From the NCBI GenBank assembly GCA_963681965.1, contig OY820579.1, positions 2,432,001 to 2,496,000 of the forward strand: 64,000 nucleotides of DNA, read 5' to 3'. Below, piece by piece: positions 9,901-19,591 of this stretch. The position numbers and the translations under genes are program-made. The DNA is from a bacterium (GTDB taxonomy: Bacteria > Electryoneota > JAOADG01). Position 1 is the first letter of the stretch. Every line of letters starts with the position of its first letter. The notes under the pieces are model-generated. The model did no database searches and had not been told where the DNA came from. It saw only the letters and a program-made list of their open reading frames with translations.

Positions 9901-12006
9901 GTGAAACGACATTTTATCCTTACCCTCGCATTCGTCGCTAACATCATAATTGCTGCATCGGCGTTTGCGCAAGAATGGCAGTGGCAGCATCCGACAACTA
10001 CATCCAATCGACTGATGGATATCTGTTTTCCAACTCCTAGTATTGGGTGGGCAGTAGGCAATTACGGTACGATCATTCACACTACCGATGGCGGCATTAC
10101 TTGGCAAACGCAGTCCTCCGGTACGACTTCTAACATCGCAAGAATTTTTTTCGTCGACACGCTGCACGGCTGGGCGACTTGTTCGAACGACCGATTATTG
10201 TTGATCACCTCGAATGGTGGCACAACATGGGATATCACTACGATCGGGACTTCGAGCTTTCCCGGCGATATTTTATTCCGCTCGCTGACGGATGGCTGGG
10301 TTGTCGATGGTTCTCGACTATTGCGCACAACGAATGGGGGTTTCACCTGGTCGATACTCAATATCGGTGCGAGTGCTACGATTAACAGTTTGTATCGATC
10401 CGATAGCACAACGATCTGGGCGGTGGGAAATTCCGGAATGATTGTCCGATCCACTAATAATGGCAGCAATTGGAGCAGTATAACGAGCAGCACTTCCGCA
10501 AATTTATTAAGCATCTGCATGGTCGATTCCGGATATGGATGGTGTTCCGGTAATAACGGTACGATTGTGAAAACGACGAATCACGGTACGAATTGGTCGC
10601 AACAAACCAGCGGGACTTCTTTGCAACTATCCGGAATTGCGTTTACGAATCGATCGATGGGGTGGGTTGTCGGCAGTACCGGAACCATTCGGTATACGGA
10701 AAATGGTGGTAATAGTTGGAGTGCACAGACGAGCGCTGTCACGATACCATTGAACGCTGTGACAGTACTCGATTCCGATCGGGTGGTAATCATCGGCGAT
10801 TTCGGTGCGGTTTTACGTACGACCGATCATGGCGTGTTATGGGCGCCAATCGATTACCCGCATAATCCGCGAATCCACGCAATGAAATTTCTAAACGAAC
10901 GTATCGGTTGGGCAGCGTGCGATTCCGGTCATGTCTTGCATACCACCGATGGCGGACTACACTGGACATTTCAGGCAACACTAAATATGCAATTGGCGAT
11001 GGGCATCTCAATTCGGGATTCGCTGAAGTTGTGGGTCTGCGGTTTATCGAATAGCGCCCACGAAAATGTCTTCCGATCTACCGACGGCGGAATCAGTTGG
11101 GCGGCAACACAAGTCACGGTTGAGAGTAAAATCCGCGACATCGAATTCGTAACGGATTCGATCGGTTGGGCGGTCGCAACGAATGGTAAAATTCTAAAAT
11201 CGACCGATTGTGGGGCTTCTTGGCAAGTACATCCGTATTCGATTGCAACTTCAGCCGGCTTTTACGACGTTAATTTCATTTCAGCGCGAGAGGGATGGGT
11301 TTGCGGTGAACCCGGAACCTATCATACTTCCGATAGTGGTGCTACTTGGCAGCAACAGGATTGGACCATCGGCATCTCGATGCATTTTATCGATAATTTA
11401 CACGGCTGGATCGGGAGTACGAACGGTATAATCGTGCGAACGACGAATGGTGGTTCGAATTGGACAACCGTACGGGATAATGGGCATATCCAGTATCGCG
11501 GAATTTATTTTGTAAGCGCACAAGAGGGGTGGGCAGTCGGTGACAGTTGTCAAATCCTTTATACGATGAATGGTGGCACAAGCTGGATGCAACAGCAGAC
11601 TGCTTCGACCGACACACTCACCGAAGTAATTTTCACCGATCCCAATCATGGATGGGTTTGCGGAGCGAACGGTCTGATCATGCATTTGTCCTCCACAGGT
11701 AACGAATGGGTACCGGAAAATGTCGGACTTCGATTACCGGAAGCGTATCAATTACTCAGTAATTATCCGAATCCCTTCAATAGCACGACAACAATTTCCT
11801 ATACGCTACCGAAAGCGAGTGCGATCGAACTGAAGCTGTACAACCTTTCCGGTCGCGAGTTAGCGACTTTGTTTACCAGTGCGCAGGAATCGCCCGGCAT
11901 ACACCGAATCGCATTCGACGGGAAAGATCTCGCTTCCGGCACGTACTTTGTACGAATGCAAGCCGGATCTTTTGTGCAGACGCAGAAACTGGTGTTGTTA
12001 AAGTAG
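9901..12006 (+). CDS. Secreted YCF48/BNR(Asp-box)-repeat beta-propeller protein with T9SS CTD
   Basis: Signal peptide; about 14 'F.....GW.VG..G.I..T.DGG..W' repeats; CTD 'NYPNPFNSTTTISY...QKLVLLK'. Confidence 0.9.
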   Translation: MKRHFILTLAFVANIIIAASAFAQEWQWQHPTTTSNRLMDICFPTPSIGWAVGNYGTIIHTTDGGITWQTQSSGTTSNIARIFFVDTLHGWATCSNDRLLLITSNGGTTWDITTIGTSSFPGDILFRSLTDGWVVDGSRLLRTTNGGFTWSILNIGASATINSLYRSDSTTIWAVGNSGMIVRSTNNGSNWSSITSSTSANLLSICMVDSGYGWCSGNNGTIVKTTNHGTNWSQQTSGTSLQLSGIAFTNRSMGWVVGSTGTIRYTENGGNSWSAQTSAVTIPLNAVTVLDSDRVVIIGDFGAVLRTTDHGVLWAPIDYPHNPRIHAMKFLNERIGWAACDSGHVLHTTDGGLHWTFQATLNMQLAMGISIRDSLKLWVCGLSNSAHENVFRSTDGGISWAATQVTVESKIRDIEFVTDSIGWAVATNGKILKSTDCGASWQVHPYSIATSAGFYDVNFISAREGWVCGEPGTYHTSDSGATWQQQDWTIGISMHFIDNLHGWIGSTNGIIVRTTNGGSNWTTVRDNGHIQYRGIYFVSAQEGWAVGDSCQILYTMNGGTSWMQQQTASTDTLTEVIFTDPNHGWVCGANGLIMHLSSTGNEWVPENVGLRLPEAYQLLSNYPNPFNSTTTISYTLPKASAIELKLYNLSGRELATLFTSAQESPGIHRIAFDGKDLASGTYFVRMQAGSFVQTQKLVLLK

Positions 12007-12079
12007 TCGCGGATTTATTGCGATAGTGAATTACATCGGTTGTTTTATGGGAAGTAGCGGACATGAGTCCGCTATTTTT
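12003..12079 (+). repeat. Two GTAG-headed REP-like hairpins; the second doubles as a terminator
   Basis: GTAGTCGCGGATTTATTGCGA overlapping the TAG stop; GTAGCGGACATGAGTCCGCTA followed by TTTTT. Confidence 0.6.
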
Positions 12080-12307
12080 GCAATGGCACGTTCGATCGTG
12101 CAAGAAACCCTTGCGGAAGCGAAGATTCATTTCGGCACAATCATCGCTGCAAAGTGTAATCTAAGAATTCTCAAATACTAGATAGACATATATAATTGTT
12201 ATTACATAAATTACTGTCCGCAATTATACTTTTTCCACGAGCATTGAATCGTTACATTGGCTTCGACATGTTGGCTTCGATTAATCAATCAATCTTTGGA
12301 GGCACTT

Positions 12308-12955
12308 TTGAAGCCCAGTTCTATCTTATTATTCCTAGTTATCATGATCGGCACGTTGGTTCTTATTTCGTGTACCGATAAAAGTAATCCTTCAACACCT
12401 GACACGAACAGCAACGGGGATCTCAGACCGCTCGCTGTCGGCAACTATTGGGTGTATCGGGAAAGCGATAATAACGCTCAAATTACTCAATACGATAGTA
12501 TCGTGATCACCACTACTGTAACAATCCAAGGTGCATCCTATTTCCAGGAAGAAACCTTTATCCATGCGCCTGATTCAGTTCATTGGTGGCATTCCCCTTT
12601 TAAGCACTACCTGACTGTTCGAGATGATGGGTATTATCAATTCGACTCTTCGAATATGATGCCGAAAAAGTTTTTACCGAGCCAACCAAGTGCAGGCTAT
12701 CATGAAGTAATTATTGATACAACCGGGGGTCAGTTTCTCACCGATACTATCGATTGTCGATCCATTTCCGATAATAGTACTGTACCGGCTGGAACTTTCA
12801 CAAATTGTACGCACATTCGTAACGGATACAGTTCGGGTAGCGTCTACGATACCTGGTATAAGCCCGGTGTGGGTGAAGTCAGGTTTTTATATTCACTTCC
12901 TTCTGCTCCACAATACAATTATTCGAAAGCATTGTTACGGTATCGGGTGAATTGA
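12308..12955 (+). CDS. Hypothetical lipoprotein
   Basis: GGAGG RBS before TTG at 12308; lipobox 'LISC'; 'PLAVGNYWVY' and 'TVPAGTFTNC...WYKPGVG' motifs of a common FCB lipoprotein family. Confidence 0.75.
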   Translation: MKPSSILLFLVIMIGTLVLISCTDKSNPSTPDTNSNGDLRPLAVGNYWVYRESDNNAQITQYDSIVITTTVTIQGASYFQEETFIHAPDSVHWWHSPFKHYLTVRDDGYYQFDSSNMMPKKFLPSQPSAGYHEVIIDTTGGQFLTDTIDCRSISDNSTVPAGTFTNCTHIRNGYSSGSVYDTWYKPGVGEVRFLYSLPSAPQYNYSKALLRYRVN

Positions 12956-12989
12956 TCGATCTTCCGATTCTTGTTTGACAACCTGTTAG

Positions 12990-13028
12990 AAGCGGCAACT
13001 GTTTTTTACATAGCAGTTGCCGCTTTTG
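12990..13028 (+). terminator. Rho-independent terminator
   Basis: AAGCGGCAACTG-N12-CAGTTGCCGCTT followed by TT. Confidence 0.75.
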
Positions 13029-13234
13029 TAATTGGGTCTGGTCAGTACCGCGGTATGAACATACCTATTTTCAAGAATTTCAAAAATCGCCCCTGATGGA
13101 AATCGGTATCCCCAAGAAATATTTTTTTTAGATCCTTCTCGCCTTGCAATATTCATTCGATTGATGGTAGTTTAGAAATAGAAGAATACCGTTCCGAATT
13201 TCCTAGCTGATACCGTCTCCGAAAGGAACTTGCG

Positions 13235-14503
13235 TTGACTCATTCAAGACATCACCGCTTCTGGCTGGTTATCGTCACAATTCTGCTCGCAATCCAATTC
13301 GTGCAAGCACAGGACAGTTTGAATATCAGATGTTTGAGCCGAATACCGACAACCGCTTCTCGCGCTGTAGCGGTTCAGGGAAATTTCGCTTATGTATGCG
13401 ACGATACAGTTGGATTGCGAGTGATCGATATTTCGGATCCGTTACATCCAACACAAGTCGCCTGTTTTGATACTCCTGGTGAAGTAGCTAATATAAAAAT
13501 TGTTGATAATTACGCTTTTGTAATTGATTATGGTGTTGGATTGAAGATTCTGAATATCTCCAATCCCTACTCTATTACCCAAATTGGGTCATTGACACCG
13601 CCTCATTTTAGTGGGATAGATCTCGCCATATCTGGCAACTATGCGTACATCGCCGATATTTCAAACGGAATGCGAATTATCGACATCTCCAATTTATCGG
13701 CTCCAGTTCAGATTGCGCTCGATACGATCAATTGTGAATTGTGGGGGATTGCTGTTTCAGGTCGATATGCTTATCTGGCAGATCATTTAAATGGTATCCG
13801 CATCTTTGATGTATTGAATCCGGTCTCACCGGTCATGATCGATACTAGCTATTTACGCACTACATATGATATCGAAATATCGGGAAATTATGCCTATATC
13901 GCAGGGGGTGGCAGGTGGCTATCGATTGCTGATATTACCAATCCGTCTGCACCGCAGCAAGTTGAATGTCCAAATTACAATGGTTCAGGATATAGCGTTT
14001 CGGTGATTGGCAACTATGCATATTTAACCGGATCATATTTATCTCATCGTAGTGTTCGAATTTTCAATATCAGTAATCCGTTATCGGTCTATCAAGTTGG
14101 ATTCTATAACCTTCCCAATATCTCGATGGGAGTTGCTGTCTCAGGTAACCATCTCTACGTAGTGGAACGAACAAATTTCGGTATCTACGATATCTCTCAG
14201 GCGCTCGGTGTGGTCGATCGCATCAGTGAGGCAGTCCCTTCAACGTTTGCACTGAAACCGAATTTTCCCAATCCCTTCAACCCAACCACCACAATACAGT
14301 ACACGATTCCGAAGAGCAGTAAAGTATCGCTGAAAATCTTCGATTTGAATGGTCGGGAAGTGGCGTCGCTGGTCGATTTCAATCAGAATCCCGGCGAGTA
14401 CAGTGTCAAATTCGATGGCAAGACATTGGCAGCCGGGACGTATTTTGCGCGATTGGAAGCGGGGTCTTTTGTGCAGATGCAGAAACTGGTGTTGTTAAAG
14501 TAG
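13235..14503 (+). CDS. Secreted LVIVD-repeat protein with T9SS CTD
   Basis: AAAGGA RBS, signal peptide, about 7 LVIVD repeats, CTD 'PNFPNPFNPTTTIQY...QKLVLLK'. Confidence 0.9.
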   Translation: MTHSRHHRFWLVIVTILLAIQFVQAQDSLNIRCLSRIPTTASRAVAVQGNFAYVCDDTVGLRVIDISDPLHPTQVACFDTPGEVANIKIVDNYAFVIDYGVGLKILNISNPYSITQIGSLTPPHFSGIDLAISGNYAYIADISNGMRIIDISNLSAPVQIALDTINCELWGIAVSGRYAYLADHLNGIRIFDVLNPVSPVMIDTSYLRTTYDIEISGNYAYIAGGGRWLSIADITNPSAPQQVECPNYNGSGYSVSVIGNYAYLTGSYLSHRSVRIFNISNPLSVYQVGFYNLPNISMGVAVSGNHLYVVERTNFGIYDISQALGVVDRISEAVPSTFALKPNFPNPFNPTTTIQYTIPKSSKVSLKIFDLNGREVASLVDFNQNPGEYSVKFDGKTLAAGTYFARLEAGSFVQMQKLVLLK

Positions 14504-14520
14504 GATCGTATAATCTTTCT

Positions 14521-15301
14521 GTAGGGCATATGCATACCTTCGAAGCAAAGCCAGACGAAGAGAATGGTTGTTGGGTGATAGGAGGATGGAGTAAGAAAAA
14601 GAAGGGTAGCGGCGGACTTAAGTCCGCCATTTTTTTCGAAGGGTTGAACCACCAAGTGTCGCTGAAGGCAATCGTATTCGGTCGGAGCGGCAGGCAGTAC
14701 CTGACGTAGGAATAGGTTAGATTTGAAGAGAAGGTTGCCACACTTCGCGCGTAAAAAAATCGTGCTTCGTTCACAACGACATATCAGGAAAAAAAATGGG
14801 TATTGGGTTATAGGTGATGGGTGTTAGGGGAAGAAAAAATATAAGAATAGGAGAATTCTAACTGCAGGAATAAAAAAAAAAGATACTGAAAGCGAACTAA
14901 AGGCTTTTAACTAAATAGATTAACTTCGCTGTAGCGTTGGACTTTAGTCCATTCTCTGTTTCATTTTCAAGAATTGCGGATTGAAGACCGAATCGATAAA
15001 TCAGTGTGTTATTGGTAGGGGCGTTCTTACGCGTCCGCCCGTAACAGTTGAATTGGCAGAATTCAAAGATTGAACCTTTGAATCAAAAGATGCGGGTGTA
15101 TTACGTTCAGTGAGAGCTTCACGGTTGCCATAAGCCCCTACTTTAGCTAATGCACCAGACACGGGCGGTTCGCGAACCGCCCCTACCAAAGATGTATAGA
15201 TAAATAGTTAAAAGCCATTAGTCCGCCGCTACCGGATGGTTGATGGGTGGTTAGTAAAAGAAAAAAAGATACATGAAGCGCAGTCTAAAGCCTGCGGCTA
15301 C
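14521..15301. repeat. Cluster of multi-family REP-like hairpins and heptamer repeats
   Basis: GTAG-headed hairpins at 14521, 14606, 14931, 15015; CTAC-tailed ones ending at 15141, 15186, 15232, 15301; GTC..TG/CAACGAC pair 14657-14780; heptamers at 14797-14831. Confidence 0.75.
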
Positions 15302-15706
15302 AAAAAAATGCAGACGCAACTCACAAGAAAACAATAACTGTGCAGATAATGCAGAATATGCAGATACCACCGTGCAAGAGCGTGTGATTGTGATTGCAAA
15401 AAATGCATACTTTCATCAATCTCCCATCTCGCGACTCTCTACTGTCACTTGATCGTCTCTAATAATCAATGATATAAGGTGCTGTTAAGCGTTTGGCACA
15501 GCACTTGCACTATAGTAATCCGGATAGGATGAAGCGAGCCGTAGATGAATAGGGTTCTTTGATGGGGAGAGTGGTGAATAGGATTGATCGATGTGATCGT
15601 TAGTTTTGATTTCTCCCTAAAGTGTTCCCGTTTGACGATGATGATTAGAGCGGTTCGATGATAGTATGAGATGATTGGACGATTGTGACGTTTGCGCGTC
15701 AGGATG

Positions 15707-15744
15707 AAAAAAAGGCAACCCATGTTGGGTTGCCCTTTTTTTTT
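15707..15744. terminator. Bidirectional intrinsic terminator
   Basis: A7-GGCAACCCA-tgt-TGGGTTGCC-c-T9. Confidence 0.75.
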
Positions 15745-15823
15745 ATCGAGATCTTCGAAGAGTGGCATTTCAGGTTGAACTTCTGTATGCTATAACAGAG
15801 TTCTTTTCCAGTAAGGGGGAGTT

Positions 15824-17326
15824 ATGCTTCGCTATATTTTGCCGCTTGCGGCACTACTGATACTTGTTCCAGCCTGCTTTGCCCAGCTAACCCTGATCAG
15901 CACGACACCGGCAGACCACACCGTCAATTTACCAACGACTACGACGTTTTCTTTCACATTTTCGGCAGCTCTCGATACTGCGATTCGCTATCCGCAGGGA
16001 TATCCGATCGGTACCGCCGAGATGATGCAGGATTCGATGATTGTTGAGAATTACATGATTTCTGCCGATTTGCGTACCATCACCTTTTCGGTGCAATTGA
16101 CTGCGAACACCGACTTCACGATCCTGCTGCTCACCGCTCGCAGTGCCACTGGACAACTGCTCGATCATCCCCATGCTTTGAATTTCTCGACCCGACGAAC
16201 AAGTGGTATTTATTCGGTATCGGGTAACATCACGATGAGTGGTAATTTCATCGCCGATGCCGTTGTCGGATTGTTTACCTATCCACCGTTCGGCAATGAT
16301 GGCGGACGGCTGGAAATCGGCTCGGTCAGCGGTACTGGTGGCAACTACACGCTTTCTTCGGTTCGTCCCGGCGTATATTATCCGATCTGCGCACTAGATG
16401 CCAATCACAATGGCGATATCCGCAATGAGGATGGCGACGGGATCGGTTTCTACGACCCCAATCATGACGGGCATCCTGACAGTATCGTCGTTTCCAATTC
16501 GCTCACTGCGATCAATTTGGTGATGTCGCAAGCGCGTCCGATTACTGCGCGAACGCAGTTACCGCAAGTCCTTCAGATGGCGCATCAGCTTGACAGCGCA
16601 GCCGTGTTGCTGGCAGTGATGAGTGGCGATTCGGTCATCACACCTGATGGTAGAGCTTGGAATTGGGGTTACCTGTTCGCGAACATTCGGGCTCAACGCA
16701 ACTTTATGATTGGTGCCAATTCGCTGAGTATGGAAATGGATACCAATCGGGATCATCTTCCACAGTTTCCTCCCGGGATGCAGCCGATGCCGATTCAATT
16801 CATCGACAGCGACAGCGCACTCGCCATAGCGGAACGGGAAGGCGGTGGGTGGTTCCGTGCCAACACGATTCTGAATCATGTAAATATGATGGGCGGCAAT
16901 CTGACGGTTATTGTACCGGGTCCTGCCAATCAGATGTCATGGGTTGTGATCTATCAGGCGACGATGAATGACGAAGACACCACTCTGGTGGTGGGAATCG
17001 ACATGCTGACCGGAGCGGTGTTGACGAACGATGTCCGCGAAACACCGGTTCGAACGTTACCAACGGGATTTGCGATCACAGCAGTGAGTCCGAATCCGTT
17101 CAACTCGACGACGACCATTCATTACGAATTGGTGACGGCTCAGACTGTGCGCGCTGCGATCTATGATCTTGAGGGGCGCTTCGTGACGACACTGATGAAC
17201 GGCAGAGTGAGTGCCGGGAGCGGGGTGTTGCACTGGAATGCCACCGGAGTCGCTTCGGGTGTCTATCTGCTGCGGATGCAGGCGGGACAGCAAATAGTCA
17301 GCCGAAAGCTGGTGCTGGTGAAGTAG
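15824..17326 (+). CDS. Secreted Ig-like (Big_5-type) domain protein with T9SS CTD
   Basis: GGGGGAG RBS; signal peptide; 'STTPAD...V...TTFSFTFSAALD' Ig-like start; DxNxNG Ca-binding-like motifs; CTD 'SPNPFNSTTTIHY...RKLVLVK'. Confidence 0.8.
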   Translation: MLRYILPLAALLILVPACFAQLTLISTTPADHTVNLPTTTTFSFTFSAALDTAIRYPQGYPIGTAEMMQDSMIVENYMISADLRTITFSVQLTANTDFTILLLTARSATGQLLDHPHALNFSTRRTSGIYSVSGNITMSGNFIADAVVGLFTYPPFGNDGGRLEIGSVSGTGGNYTLSSVRPGVYYPICALDANHNGDIRNEDGDGIGFYDPNHDGHPDSIVVSNSLTAINLVMSQARPITARTQLPQVLQMAHQLDSAAVLLAVMSGDSVITPDGRAWNWGYLFANIRAQRNFMIGANSLSMEMDTNRDHLPQFPPGMQPMPIQFIDSDSALAIAEREGGGWFRANTILNHVNMMGGNLTVIVPGPANQMSWVVIYQATMNDEDTTLVVGIDMLTGAVLTNDVRETPVRTLPTGFAITAVSPNPFNSTTTIHYELVTAQTVRAAIYDLEGRFVTTLMNGRVSAGSGVLHWNATGVASGVYLLRMQAGQQIVSRKLVLVK

Positions 17327-17479
17327 ATAAACAGAAATTGCTAAGTTTGCGGGCGGGAGGAGCATCCTTTCGCCCGATTTGTATAATCTGATTAGTTTTT
17401 GCTTGAAAGTAATAAATATTAATGATATTTTGATGGTAATTACTTTTCTTACCATATCCTCGCTCACAAGGGAGAATTT

Positions 17480-18055
17480 ATGTCCCATAATACTCGCTGT
17501 AATCATTGCAAAGACCGGTTAGACGAATTGTTCCGGTATCATTATGGATCGATTGAACATAAACATAAAGTACAAGTTCCGGTTCATCTAGAAAAATTAG
17601 GAGAGTTTACCAATCTAAGGACCTTCCAAAAACTGGAAAAAATTTATCATGCATTAGAAGGATTTAAACAGCAGAAACAATTCGTCAAGTCTGTCAATCT
17701 GCAGCGGTGCGATATCTTCATTCCTCAATTGATGCGAATAGTTGAGTTGGATGAAACGCAGCATTTCAGTGCTGCAAGGGCAATTGCATTGGAACAGTAT
17801 CCAAAATCTTTTGAGTTGGGGTTTTCTCGCAAACAGTGGATTTTATATTGTCGCCATTATAATTCAAAAGATCCTATGCCACCATACCGTGACGAACAGC
17901 GTGCCTGGTACGATACTATACGTGATTTTCTACCATTTTTAATTGGGTACGCACCTACAATTCGAATTCATATCGGAGACTTTGCATGGTGCGAACTTGA
18001 TAGTAGTAGCAAGTCTGATCGAAATAAATTCAGGGAACTTCTGTCGATTAAATGA
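17480..18055 (+). CDS. Putative Vsr/DUF559-like (PD-(D/E)XK superfamily) nuclease with N-terminal CxxC
   Basis: GGGAG RBS; 'RCNHC'; 'CDIFIP...IVELDETQHF...RDEQRAWYDTIRD...G..PTIRI' resembles the Vsr-type core; AT-richer than flanks. Confidence 0.55.
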   Translation: MSHNTRCNHCKDRLDELFRYHYGSIEHKHKVQVPVHLEKLGEFTNLRTFQKLEKIYHALEGFKQQKQFVKSVNLQRCDIFIPQLMRIVELDETQHFSAARAIALEQYPKSFELGFSRKQWILYCRHYNSKDPMPPYRDEQRAWYDTIRDFLPFLIGYAPTIRIHIGDFAWCELDSSSKSDRNKFRELLSIK

Positions 18056-18066
18056 AGGAGTAATTC

Positions 18067-18909
18067 ATGTTTAACTTCACTGTAAGCCGGTTAATTGTGG
18101 CGAAAGACGAGAATTATTCTGGAATTCGAGCTGCAAATTTAATCAATCGCGCCGCAAAAAAAATGAATCAATTAGGCTGTCATTCGCGCTATTTCATAAC
18201 AAAAGGAGGATTTGTCGGTTTCGATTGGCCAAATGGTGTTTCCGTGACCGATGAACCATGGAATCCGCGGCTGTCGGTAATCCGAGATTTGACAAGCGCA
18301 GCCCTACAAGAGATCAAGTCATTGTTACGACATTTGCATCGTAAGAATCTTCCATTCGATTTTTTAACGATTGGGATCGATTCGTTTTCACCCGATGAGA
18401 ATCGCAGTATAGAATTGGTTTGTGTTATCGATTTCGAACAACGAATACCTACTTTCCGATTCACAGGCAAATCATATCCAATTACAAATCAAGAACGGCA
18501 ATTGTACCGTATTTCCGACCTCAATACACACATAATGAAATTAGGTAAAGACCGAGTTTTGATTTTAGGTTGTCATGATCTCAACTTATTCTCTGCTCGT
18601 CGAGCTAAAACAGCATCATCATCTAGAAAGTCCATACGTACCGAAATGAAAAAGATCGCAAGTAAATTCAAACCAACAATTGTTTTGCAACATCCTCATA
18701 CATCAGATTTTCCAAAAACCTGGCGACTCGGTATTGCCGGATTGAAGAAAACACTTCCATCGGTAAAAACGTTTGCATCTGCAGGAGCCATGGTGGGAAT
18801 ACGTGAGGACATCCACAAGGAAATCCGCGAAGAAACTGGACAGGGAAAGGTTTTAGACATTGTCTATAGCAACCGTCAGTTCCTCTTCGATACATCTGAA
18901 TATTTATAG
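18067..18909 (+). CDS. Divergent carbon-nitrogen hydrolase (nitrilase)-fold protein
   Basis: GAAGGAG RBS 11 nt after the upstream stop; 'FTGKSYP' (Lys) and 'RVLILGCHDL' (nucleophile Cys) match the nitrilase fold; the usual 'FPE' Glu is replaced by 'ITKGGF'. Confidence 0.5.
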   Translation: MFNFTVSRLIVAKDENYSGIRAANLINRAAKKMNQLGCHSRYFITKGGFVGFDWPNGVSVTDEPWNPRLSVIRDLTSAALQEIKSLLRHLHRKNLPFDFLTIGIDSFSPDENRSIELVCVIDFEQRIPTFRFTGKSYPITNQERQLYRISDLNTHIMKLGKDRVLILGCHDLNLFSARRAKTASSSRKSIRTEMKKIASKFKPTIVLQHPHTSDFPKTWRLGIAGLKKTLPSVKTFASAGAMVGIREDIHKEIREETGQGKVLDIVYSNRQFLFDTSEYL

Positions 18910-19027
18910 AATTGATAACTTCCGAAATTGCTCGAATTGTTCTAATTGATATTGAATTTATTATAACAAAATTAACGATTATTTATGAATGGTATGTCTA
19001 ACGTCAGTATCATTATCGAGGAATTTT

Positions 19028-19591
19028 ATGAGTAGTCTATCGAGTTCCGTTTGTCCCGCGGAAGGGGCGAAATGGCTGGTTCACCCGATCCGGCAATGGA
19101 TTCAATCACCGATCAAGTTATTGCAACCATTCATTAAACCGGGGATGATAGCGGTCGATATTGGGTGCGGTCCGGGTTACTTCGCAGTTGGGTTGGCAGA
19201 ATTGGTCGGGTCATCCGGAAAGGTGATTGGCGTCGACTTGCAACCGGAGATGCTCGCGTTTGCGCAACAATATGCGACCAAGTGCGGTGTATCCGATCGG
19301 ATCAACTGGCAGCTCTGTACCCAGACCAGCTTGGAATTGAACAATGTACAAGCCGATTTCGTGCTGGCATTTTATGTCGTGCATGAGATTCCCGATCGAA
19401 TTGGTTTATTCAAACAAATCCTAAAAGTATTGAAGCCGGATGGAAAATTTCTCTTGATTGAACCGAATTTCCACGTTTCGAAGTCCGCCTTTACGCAAAC
19501 AGTTGCCGATGCGAAGAGTGCCGGTTTGATACCAGTTCAGGATTACAAAGTCTTCTTAAGTCGAGGGATATTGCTGGGCAAGCCGCGTTAA
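19028..19591 (+). CDS. Class I SAM-dependent methyltransferase
   Basis: GAGGA RBS; motif I 'VDIGCGPG', 'GVDLQPEML', 'VVHE', 'LKPDGK'. Confidence 0.88.
   Translation: MSSLSSSVCPAEGAKWLVHPIRQWIQSPIKLLQPFIKPGMIAVDIGCGPGYFAVGLAELVGSSGKVIGVDLQPEMLAFAQQYATKCGVSDRINWQLCTQTSLELNNVQADFVLAFYVVHEIPDRIGLFKQILKVLKPDGKFLLIEPNFHVSKSAFTQTVADAKSAGLIPVQDYKVFLSRGILLGKPR

Noticed and set aside
1991-14503. Diversity-generating retroelement to explain similar CTD tails
   Set aside because: No reverse transcriptase in the window, and the differences are not adenine-specific
14521-15301. REP fields as possible CRISPR arrays
   Set aside because: No identical direct repeats with regular unique spacers; no cas genes
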